A stretch of DNA of 62,412 nucleotides, counting the filler, from an uncultured bacterium (GTDB lineage Bacteria; Auribacterota; CAZIXI01), in NCBI GenBank assembly GCA_964543115.1. It is 7 parts of 7 records of this genome, joined end to end, with 100 filler letters (N's around TTAATTAATTAA, not from the genome) between each part and the next. Parts side by side here need not be neighbours in the genome. Positions count along the whole stretch, not along the records: positions 35,791 to 44,613 come from CAZIXI010000142.1; positions 44,714 to 53,531 come from CAZIXI010000143.1; 5 more parts are not named here. One strand, given 5' to 3'. A program made the translations under genes and the position numbers. This document shows, one piece after another, positions 39,946-47,509 of this stretch (position 1 is its first letter; each line of letters opens with the position of its first letter). Below the pieces are notes generated by a model, which worked only from the letters and a program-made list of their open reading frames with translations, had not been told where the DNA came from and did no database searches.

Positions 39946-41886
39946 ATGAAAAATATTGTGTTGAGAGTGGTGGTTGCGGTTGTTTTTCTGGGTGTAGTTC
40001 TTGGCGGGAGCAGACTGGCGTTTTCTGCCAATATTCCCACTAAAATCAATTACCATGGTTATCTGAAAAGCGAAGGGGCGCAGTTCAGCGGGGCGGGACA
40101 TTTTAAGTTTGCGATTACCAATGATCCAGATAGTCCCACGGTAAATTACTGGATCAGTGATGGTTCAGCTCCCGCTGCCGGAGCCCAGCCTAGTAAGGCT
40201 GTTACTGTGGATGTTAAGAATGGTGTTTTTAATGTGGTTTTAGGCGATACCAGAATTACTAATATGACGGCCATTCCCACTTCCGCCTTTAGTGAAAAAC
40301 CAGCTGCCTATTTAAGGGTATGGTTTAGCGATGGGTCCGGTTTTGAGCAGTTAAGTCCGGATACCCAGCTGGTTGCGGTTCCCTATGCCTATTACGCGGT
40401 GGAGGCGGAAAGTGTTGGCGGCCTGAAACGTGCGGACATAGAGAGTATGACTGAAAAGAAAGATAGTGAAGTTACGCTTACGGAACATAATGTGACGGAA
40501 CTAAAAGATGTAAGTAGTGCGGGAAGCGGCCAGATCATTAGCGCGGATGAACGGAGTAAATTAACCGAGGCGCATGGCTGGGGTAATCATGCCAATGGCG
40601 GATATTTAAAGAGCGGAATAGCTGGTATCCAGACGTTAACGGCTCATAGCGTGACAGAGCTTAATGACGTGAGCAGTGCGGGAAGCGGCCAGATCATTGC
40701 CGCAGATGAACGAAGTAAATTAACTGAGGTTTATGGCTGGGGCGATCACGCGGATGCCGGTTATTTGAAGAGTGAGGATCCTCTGTTTATCAAAGATGGC
40801 AAGGTGGGTATCGGAACGGATTCTCCGGCGGCGAAACTTAATGTTGAGGGAACTCTTCAAGTAGGGTCACAAGGATCTCCTCATAATGTTCTTTTTTATG
40901 GTAAGGCAATGAGTTCAAACTTTAAGGGGAAATTGGACTGGAATACGGACAAAAATGCTTTTCGCGCTGGTATGGAAAGAGATGATTACTGGTCCGGAGA
41001 TAATGTTGGTGAGGCATCAGTAGCCTTTGGACATGGAACAAAGGCCAGTGGTAGCTGGTCCCTGGCCGCGGGTAACACTAACACGGCCAGCGGTGATTAT
41101 TCGGTTGCCCTAGGTTTACAAACAACTGCCAGCGGTACTTATGCGATGGCTGTAGGGCGCGAGACAGTGGCAGAAGGAACATTTGCCTTTGCCAGTGGTG
41201 TAAATTCTCAGGCAACTGGGTATAGTTCTATTGCAATGGGTTTTTCAGCGGTTGCCAGTGGGTCCAATGCCATTGCTTTAGGGCAGGCACAAGCCACCGG
41301 TGATAAGTCTCTTGCCGTTGGGATGAATTCAGTGGCCAGCGGGATTTATAGTACGGCGATTGGCGGATCTTGCCAGGCTACCGAGCAATTTGCTGTTGCT
41401 CTGGGCGCGGCCACTATTGCCAGTGGCCAGGCAGCCATGGCCATGGGGAATACTTTTGAGAACAATGTGGATTATTCTCTTGGTATCGGGGATAGTTCAC
41501 TGGATATTTTATTAGCAGCAAATGATAATAGTTATATCAATAATGACAAAAATTTTGGTATCGGCACCAATGATCCGCAATATAAGCTGGATGTGCACGG
41601 AGATATCAATACCACTGGTGATATTCTTAAAAGCGGTGTGGCCTATAATCATCCGGATTATGTTTTTGAGCCGGGGTATCAGCTGCTGAGTTTAGCGGGT
41701 TTAAGGACCTTCATTGATGAGAATAAGCATCTGCCTGGTGTGCCTTCGGCAAAAGAAGTGCAGGATAAAGGGGTGAAGATGTTTGAGCAGGGAAGGCTAA
41801 CCCTGGAGAAACTGGAAGAGGCCTACCTCTATATTTTTCAGTTAGAGAAAAGAATTGCTGAATTAGAGAAGAAATTAGCTGAATAA
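39946..41886 (+). CDS. Secreted trimeric fibre adhesin: shared N-terminal module, YadA-head-like repeats, C-terminal intramolecular-chaperone (S74-like) domain
   Basis: Same N-terminal module as the upstream gene, a 53-aa internal tandem repeat (40474-~40780), 14-aa ASGxxSxAxG repeats, and PDYVFEPGY...NKHLPGVPSA...LEKLEE...LEKRIAELE. Confidence 0.8.
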   Translation: MKNIVLRVVVAVVFLGVVLGGSRLAFSANIPTKINYHGYLKSEGAQFSGAGHFKFAITNDPDSPTVNYWISDGSAPAAGAQPSKAVTVDVKNGVFNVVLGDTRITNMTAIPTSAFSEKPAAYLRVWFSDGSGFEQLSPDTQLVAVPYAYYAVEAESVGGLKRADIESMTEKKDSEVTLTEHNVTELKDVSSAGSGQIISADERSKLTEAHGWGNHANGGYLKSGIAGIQTLTAHSVTELNDVSSAGSGQIIAADERSKLTEVYGWGDHADAGYLKSEDPLFIKDGKVGIGTDSPAAKLNVEGTLQVGSQGSPHNVLFYGKAMSSNFKGKLDWNTDKNAFRAGMERDDYWSGDNVGEASVAFGHGTKASGSWSLAAGNTNTASGDYSVALGLQTTASGTYAMAVGRETVAEGTFAFASGVNSQATGYSSIAMGFSAVASGSNAIALGQAQATGDKSLAVGMNSVASGIYSTAIGGSCQATEQFAVALGAATIASGQAAMAMGNTFENNVDYSLGIGDSSLDILLAANDNSYINNDKNFGIGTNDPQYKLDVHGDINTTGDILKSGVAYNHPDYVFEPGYQLLSLAGLRTFIDENKHLPGVPSAKEVQDKGVKMFEQGRLTLEKLEEAYLYIFQLEKRIAELEKKLAE

Positions 41887-41907
41887 GAAAAAGTCGGATT
41901 TCCTCAT

Positions 41908-42018
41908 AAAAATGTGATGTTTAGTCAACATAGGTGGAAGAGAATTAGATCAGCTTGTGCGATAATGCATTGTGCATAAGCAACATATGTAAGTTTTGGT
42001 TTTGGCATTATAGTTGCA
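41908..42018 (+). promoter_or_regulatory. Upstream activator-like site plus sigma54 promoter 2
   Basis: AAAAATGTGATGTTTAGTCAACA at 41908-41930 and TTGGCATTATAGTTGCA at 42002-42018. Confidence 0.8.
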
Positions 42019-42028
42019 TTATAGATAA

Positions 42029-42085
42029 TTGCCTTAACAAAGGTGCTGCCAGCCGGAAGGCCCCCCAACGGCTGGCAGCTTTTTT
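42029..42085 (+). ncRNA. Candidate two-hairpin sRNA/leader with GGCCCCCCA loop, copy 1
   Basis: P1 is GCCTT-aaca-AAGGT. P2 is GCTGCCAGCCG-gaaggccccccaa-CGGCTGGCAGC, followed by T6. It begins at the predicted sigma54 +1. Confidence 0.65.
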
Positions 42086-42119
42086 ATGTACGCAAATATT
42101 CATTAAGATTAATCTTATT

Positions 42120-43691
42120 ATGAGTAAAACTAAAATAGTTGTTTTACTATTAGGTATTTCTCTGCTTATCCATAATATAACAATGGGTCAGCCTTTTTAT
42201 GAGAATAGTACTCTTGCTAGTCAAAGCTCGCTGCTGGATCAGGAGTTTGTCGGTGATTTGCGTCGTTTTACTTCTAGAAGAGTTTCTTCGGCTAAGGAGA
42301 CCAGTAGGACGAATTATGTAGAAGAGGAAGTTGGCAGTTATTATAGAGATAAAATAATTGTCGGCAGTCGGGGGATTAAAATAAAGGATGGGTATGATTT
42401 CCTTGCTGATATCAGGAAGTTAAACAGGAAACTGAAAGACGAGGGAAACAGGCGGGTAAGGTTGCATATCCTGGATAGCAGTAAACGGATATTTCAAGAA
42501 ATCTATTTTTCTGTTGCCGGGAAGAGGCAGTACGCGCTGGCAATTCCTGATAATGAGTTAGGCTGTGTTGATGTTTATGTTACCGAGCCGATGTTCAGGA
42601 TATTAAAAAGTGATTGGGGTATGTGCCGGGCGTTGTTGATGCACGAGACACTGGATACTGGAGAAGAAAGCTTAGGTTATCGTCTGCGGCAGCGAATGAG
42701 GCAGAAGGGTCCGAGCTGGCTGCGCTGGTTAATTGCTCCGCTGGAGAACGGATCCCATGCCCGGGCTTGGCAGGCGGTGAAGGTTTATGACGATGAGTGC
42801 CGTTGGGGTATGGAAAGATTAATTAAATTAATGATTGATAATATGAACTATAAACAGTTAACCGCTTTAATCAGCGAATATGAGTATTTAGGAACAGCCG
42901 GGCGGGCAGTAAGGGGCTGGGATCAGTTTGAAGAAGGGATTTATCGTTATTTGCTGGCCAGGCAGCAGGTATTAAGCGAGACAATAGCGGTGGAAGAGGC
43001 GATTGCCAGGTTAACGCCGGCAAAGTTATTACAGGTAACGGAAATGATTGTTAAACGTGGAGTGCCTGACCAGGAAGGAAATATGGTGGGGATGTCTCCC
43101 CGCAAGGCACTTGTGGAAGACTTGAAAGAGAGGTGCATCAAAGTGATAGAGGATCGTTTACATCCTGCCGATATTGCGTGTTTACGGAGAATCCTCTTTA
43201 TTAAGGAATATAGCCATAAAATGGGTGAGTTGCAATATGATGGCTGGTATTTAGCTGTTAGAGATGATTTTATTACGGAGGTAGAAAATTCCGCCAGCGC
43301 TGTTTTTGACAGGTTTGCCTGGGCCAAGGCGCAGGAGGTTGAAGATTATTTCCGGAAGCGGGGTCTGAAATACCAGGCTAGAGAAGCGACAAAAGCAAAT
43401 CGCTATCTAGCGGAGGCCTTAAGGGCGATAGGGATAAAGAAAAAAGCTGAGCAAAAAAGGATTAAGGAATATTTGACTCATAGGTGTTTTTCTCAAAGTA
43501 TCTGGGACCAGTTTAACGCCTATACCAGAAGGCGTAAACGGCTAGGTGAAATTGTTCAAGAAAGGCCAATAACTGACCAGTTTCTGCCGGCAGTAACTGC
43601 GGCTTTATTCAGTTGCGAAGCAGGGAGAGGAGAGCACTTAATCACTATGGGCAGGCGAGAAGATACGGAGGAAATAGCAAGAGCGCTATAA
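42120..43691 (+). CDS. Secreted hypothetical protein (HE...H motif)
   Basis: Start MSKTKIVVLLLGISLLIHNITMG (signal peptide), then NSTLASQS and internal LLMHETL...SHARAW. Confidence 0.72.
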   Translation: MSKTKIVVLLLGISLLIHNITMGQPFYENSTLASQSSLLDQEFVGDLRRFTSRRVSSAKETSRTNYVEEEVGSYYRDKIIVGSRGIKIKDGYDFLADIRKLNRKLKDEGNRRVRLHILDSSKRIFQEIYFSVAGKRQYALAIPDNELGCVDVYVTEPMFRILKSDWGMCRALLMHETLDTGEESLGYRLRQRMRQKGPSWLRWLIAPLENGSHARAWQAVKVYDDECRWGMERLIKLMIDNMNYKQLTALISEYEYLGTAGRAVRGWDQFEEGIYRYLLARQQVLSETIAVEEAIARLTPAKLLQVTEMIVKRGVPDQEGNMVGMSPRKALVEDLKERCIKVIEDRLHPADIACLRRILFIKEYSHKMGELQYDGWYLAVRDDFITEVENSASAVFDRFAWAKAQEVEDYFRKRGLKYQAREATKANRYLAEALRAIGIKKKAEQKRIKEYLTHRCFSQSIWDQFNAYTRRRKRLGEIVQERPITDQFLPAVTAALFSCEAGRGEHLITMGRREDTEEIARAL

Positions 43692-43745
43692 TTGAGGCTG
43701 TTGCCCTCCCAAGTGCAGCTTGGGAAAGAGTGCTATTTTTATCAC

Positions 43746-43868
43746 AAAAATATGAGTTTTTGTCAACACGCGAGAGCTGCGGATTGATGAAATGACAGGC
43801 TAATACAATTATAAGATATTATAGCTAATGTAGTTACGAATTTTATAGGCTTTGGCATAGTGCTTGCG
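43746..43868 (+). promoter_or_regulatory. Upstream activator-like site plus sigma54 promoter 3
   Basis: AAAAATATGAGTTTTTGTCAACA at 43746-43768 and TTGGCATAGTGCTTGCG at 43852-43868. Confidence 0.8.
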
Positions 43869-43878
43869 GTTACATAAC

Positions 43879-43940
43879 TGCCCTTAGCTTATTCAAGGGT
43901 GCTGCCGGTCAGCTGGCCCCCCACTGGCTGGCAGCTTGAA
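43879..43940 (+). ncRNA. Candidate two-hairpin sRNA/leader with GGCCCCCCA loop, copy 2
   Basis: P1 is GCCCTT-agcttattc-AAGGGT. P2 is GCTGCCGGTCAG-ctggcccccca-CTGGCTGGCAGC. Confidence 0.65.
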
Positions 43941-44068
43941 TTAATTTTAAGATTTCTTAATTGTCTGCAGGAATTAACCCTCCAGGATAATGCTCTCCTT
44001 TGTTATCAGATTTAATAATTATAAATTTATATTTGTTATATAACAGCTCAATTGAAAAAATACGAGTT

Positions 44069-44613
44069 ATGAAAAAGAAAAAGTTCAATAAATTTCTGGT
44101 TTTTTTTATTTTGCTCACTTTCTTGCTGCAGGATATCGGAGGAATTTGGGCGGATGAGCAGTGTCTGCAGCCGCGGTCAATTTGTCAGGAACAGGATCAG
44201 CGGGTAGCTTTTCTGAGGGAAATAAAAACTAAAATAGAAAATGGTAATCTTCCTGATATTATTATGTTCGGCGATAAACACGGTGATAATGCTGATTTGG
44301 AAAGAATCCTGAAAGCGGCCCGGGAGGCGGCGGCAAGCGGCAGGCGGCTAAGTATTATTGGCCACGGGGATTATTTTGACCGGGGCGAGCGGAATAGAAG
44401 AGTCTGGGAGATCTTGCGGGAATTAAAGGAAATCGCTGACTCATTTCCGCATATTTCGACAACGCTGCTCCTGGGAAATCATGATGTGTTATTAATAAGA
44501 ACAGTACTTTTAAATGATGTAGAGGCACGCAAGAGCTGGTATCGGGAACCGAATGGCGGGGACAAAACGGTATTAGAATTTACTAGTCAGGAGTTGATGG
44601 AGCTGGCCGGCTG
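44069..44613 (+). CDS. Secreted calcineurin-like (PPP-type) metallophosphoesterase, 3'-truncated
   Basis: Signal peptide MKKKKFNKFLVFFILLTFLL, then CLQPRS. Motifs GDKHGD, GDYFDRG and LLGNHD. Confidence 0.82.
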
Positions 44614-44713
44614 NNNNNNNNNNNNNNNNNNNNNNNNNNNNNNNNNNNNNNNNNNNNTTAATTAATTAANNNNNNNNNNNNNNNNNNNNNNNNNNNNNNN
44701 NNNNNNNNNNNNN
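44614..44713. other. Artificial contig spacer
   Basis: N44-TTAATTAATTAA-N44. Confidence 0.99.
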
Positions 44714-45356
44714 GGATGAAATTAACCGGGCGCCGGCCAAGGTGCAGAGCGCGCTGCTTGAGGCGATGCAGGAAAGACAGGTAACGATTGGGGAAGAGAC
44801 CTTTAAACTGGATCAACCGTTTCTGGTATTAGCCACCCAGAATCCGATTGAGCAGGAAGGCACGTATCCGCTGCCGGAGGCGCAGGTAGACAGGTTTATG
44901 CTTAAACTGAATGTTACCTATCCGACCAAAGAAGAAGAGCGCGAGATAATGGAACGGATGGCGGTAGTGGGCAAACAGCCTTCGGTGGAGGCGGTGATTA
45001 CCCCGGAAGAGATTATTAAGGTGCGTGAGGTAATTAATGAGATCTATATAGATGATAAGATAAAGGATTATATTATTAATATTATTTTTGCTACCCGTGA
45101 TCCTAAGGCCTATAACCTGGATCTGGCCCAGTTTATTCAATACGGGGCCTCTCCCCGGGCCACTATTTATCTGGATATTGCCGCTAAGGCCCACGCCTTT
45201 GTACAGGGCCGCGGTTATATTACCCCGCAGGATGTGAAATCTGTCGGGCTGGATGTTTTGCGGCACCGGGTGATTGTTTCTTATGAAGCAGAAGCGGAAG
45301 GACTGAGTTCAGAGGATATCCTGAAGCAGATATTTGATAATGTGGAAGTACCCTAA
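44714..45356 (+). CDS. moxR: MoxR-family AAA+ ATPase, 5'-truncated
   Basis: DEINRAPAKVQSALLEAMQE, ATQNPIEQEGTYPLPEAQVDRF and GASPRA motifs. Confidence 0.95.
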
Positions 45357-45397
45357 ACTGGTGAAGTGTGAAGCGTGAAGCCTAACATGAGATCATT

Positions 45398-46276
45398 ATG
45401 ATTCCCAAGGAAATACTCGAGAAAGTCCGTCGGATCCAGATATATACCAGCCACATGGTTAATAACGTGTTTGCCGGTGAATACCAGAGTGTGTTTAAGG
45501 GCCGCGGAATGGAATTTGATGAGGTGCGTGAGTACCAGCCCGGTGATGAGGTGCGCAGTATTGACTGGAATGTTACCGCCCGGATGGGGCATCCTTATGT
45601 TAAGCGGTTTGTGGAAGAGCGTGAGTTGACGGTGATGCTGCTTGTGGATATGAGCGCCTCGGGAAGTTTTGGTACGGTGAACCGGACGAAGAATGAGTTG
45701 GCCGCTGAGCTAGGCGCGGTTCTGGCTTTTTCAGCAATTAAGAATAAGGATAAAGTGGGTTTGATTCTGTTTACCGACCAGGTGGAAAAGTTTATTCCGC
45801 CCCGCAAAGGTAACCGGCACGTGCTGCGGGTCATTCGCGAGCTGCTCTATTTTCAGCCCCAGGGGAAAGGGACAGATATTACTTGTGGCCTGGAATACTT
45901 GAGTAAGGTAACAAGAAGGAAGGCTGTTACCTTTCTTGTTTCTGATTTTCTGACCGCTGATTTTCAGAAGGCCCTGCAGATTGCCAACAAAAGGCATGAT
46001 GTCATTGCCGTCCGGGTAGCGGATCCGCGCGAGCGGCAGCTGGCGCCGGTTGGCATGGTAGAGCTCGAAGACGCGGAAAACGGAGAGCGGATCCTTGTTG
46101 ACACAAGGAACGCGCATTCCCGGCGGGAATATGCCTTGTTGAAAAAGCGGGAAGAAGAAGAAACGGATAATATTTTTAAACAGGCGAATGTGGATTGTAT
46201 TAAGGTGTCTACAGATAAGCCGTATATTGAATCCTTAATGAAATTTTTTCGTTTGCGGGCGCGGCGATTCCGTTAA
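45398..46276 (+). CDS. DUF58 protein (VWA-like MoxR partner)
   Basis: GRGMEFDEVREYQPGDEVRSIDWNVTAR...VKRFVEERE. Confidence 0.95.
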   Translation: MIPKEILEKVRRIQIYTSHMVNNVFAGEYQSVFKGRGMEFDEVREYQPGDEVRSIDWNVTARMGHPYVKRFVEERELTVMLLVDMSASGSFGTVNRTKNELAAELGAVLAFSAIKNKDKVGLILFTDQVEKFIPPRKGNRHVLRVIRELLYFQPQGKGTDITCGLEYLSKVTRRKAVTFLVSDFLTADFQKALQIANKRHDVIAVRVADPRERQLAPVGMVELEDAENGERILVDTRNAHSRREYALLKKREEEETDNIFKQANVDCIKVSTDKPYIESLMKFFRLRARRFR

Positions 46277-46299
46277 CTGCGGGTATTGAGGGAGGAAAG

Positions 46300-47508
46300 A
46301 TGGCTAAGATATTTGATAAAAGAAGCGTTTTCTTTTCAGTTATAATCCTTGCTATGTTCGGCATACTGCTTTATTTTCAGCTTGTGCCTGAAATAGGACA
46401 GCGGGCGCCTGTTCGGGATTCAGAGAAACAGCGGGAATATGCCAATAAGCTGAAGGCGGAGGGTTTAGTGGAAGAGTCTATCGAGGCCTATAAGGGTTAT
46501 CTGGCAAGCGCGGATATTGAGCCCCGGGTGCAGGCGAACATTTATTATCTCATGGGGCAAATGAGTGAAGAGGCGGGAAAATATGAAAAGGCCCTGGCTT
46601 ATTTTTATAAAGCCGAGATTGTTGATCCCCGGGCCGGAGAGCGGCAGGAACTGGGTGAGCATGTTGTCGCTTGTCTGGAGAAGTTAAATCGGGGGCTGGA
46701 TGCGCAGAGGGCCCTGGATAAGCATACAGCGGTAGAGGAAAAAGAGGTACAGGGCAAGGTGCTGGCCCGGATTGGCAATGAAAAAATAACGGAGGTCCAG
46801 TTAAATAAGGAATTGCAGCGGCTGCCTGTCTGGCTGCAGGAAGAATATGCTAAGCCGGAAAAGAAAATGGAATTGTTAAAACAATACCTGGTGCAGGAAC
46901 TGTTGGCCAGAAAGGCCAAACGGTTGGGTTTTGATAAGGATCCGGAGGTGAGAAAGCAGCTGGAAGAAGTAAAAAAACAGATTCTGGTGGCTAAGGTAGT
47001 GGAGCAGGAATTGGAGAAGAAAGGAAAGATCTCAGATAAGGATCTGGAGCTGTATTACCGGGCGAATAAAGAAAAATATAAAGAGCCCAAAAAACGTAAG
47101 ATAGCTTTTGCGGTTTTCGGCACCGAAGACGAGGTGCAGGTGGTTATAAAAGATCTTGGGACGGAGGGGTCAGAGGAAAAAGAACTTCCCGGCCAGGTAG
47201 AAGAATTAGTTACCGAGGGCCAGGCAGATATTAACGGTATTGGCGAGGCCGGGGCCCTGGTGGCGGAAAGTTTTAGTGTTGATCCCGGCAAGCTGACCAA
47301 GCCGGTTAAATTGGAGAAAGGGTATTATCTGGCCCGTGTGCTGGAGGAAATTCCGGAGAAGGAATTCACTTTTGCCCAGGTAAAAGAAGAGGTAAAAGTG
47401 AGTTATCAAAAAGAGCGGGAACAGGAAGTTTTTGCGGAGTTGCTGACTGATACCTTAGAGGCGGAAGATGTGGAAATATATGAAGAAGAATTGAAGGCCG
47501 CAAAATAA
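46300..47508 (+). CDS. Membrane-anchored TPR + SurA/PrsA-like chaperone domain protein
   Basis: N-terminal TM, TPR (YYLMGQMSEEAGKYEKALAYFYKA), VLARIGNEKITEVQL...AKRLGFDKDPEV and a degenerate rotamase (PVKLEKGYYL). Confidence 0.7.
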   Translation: MAKIFDKRSVFFSVIILAMFGILLYFQLVPEIGQRAPVRDSEKQREYANKLKAEGLVEESIEAYKGYLASADIEPRVQANIYYLMGQMSEEAGKYEKALAYFYKAEIVDPRAGERQELGEHVVACLEKLNRGLDAQRALDKHTAVEEKEVQGKVLARIGNEKITEVQLNKELQRLPVWLQEEYAKPEKKMELLKQYLVQELLARKAKRLGFDKDPEVRKQLEEVKKQILVAKVVEQELEKKGKISDKDLELYYRANKEKYKEPKKRKIAFAVFGTEDEVQVVIKDLGTEGSEEKELPGQVEELVTEGQADINGIGEAGALVAESFSVDPGKLTKPVKLEKGYYLARVLEEIPEKEFTFAQVKEEVKVSYQKEREQEVFAELLTDTLEAEDVEIYEEELKAAK

Positions 47509-47509
47509 G

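Noticed and set aside
37871..41886. Prophage interpretation of the fibre genes
   Set aside because: Both have Sec-type signal peptides, and the contig has no integrase, capsid, terminase, baseplate or lysis genes.
41955..42119. N-terminal extension of the 578-aa ORF
   Set aside because: It overlaps the sigma54 promoter and the RNA element. The signal peptide begins at ATG 42120. The same applies to 44000-44068.
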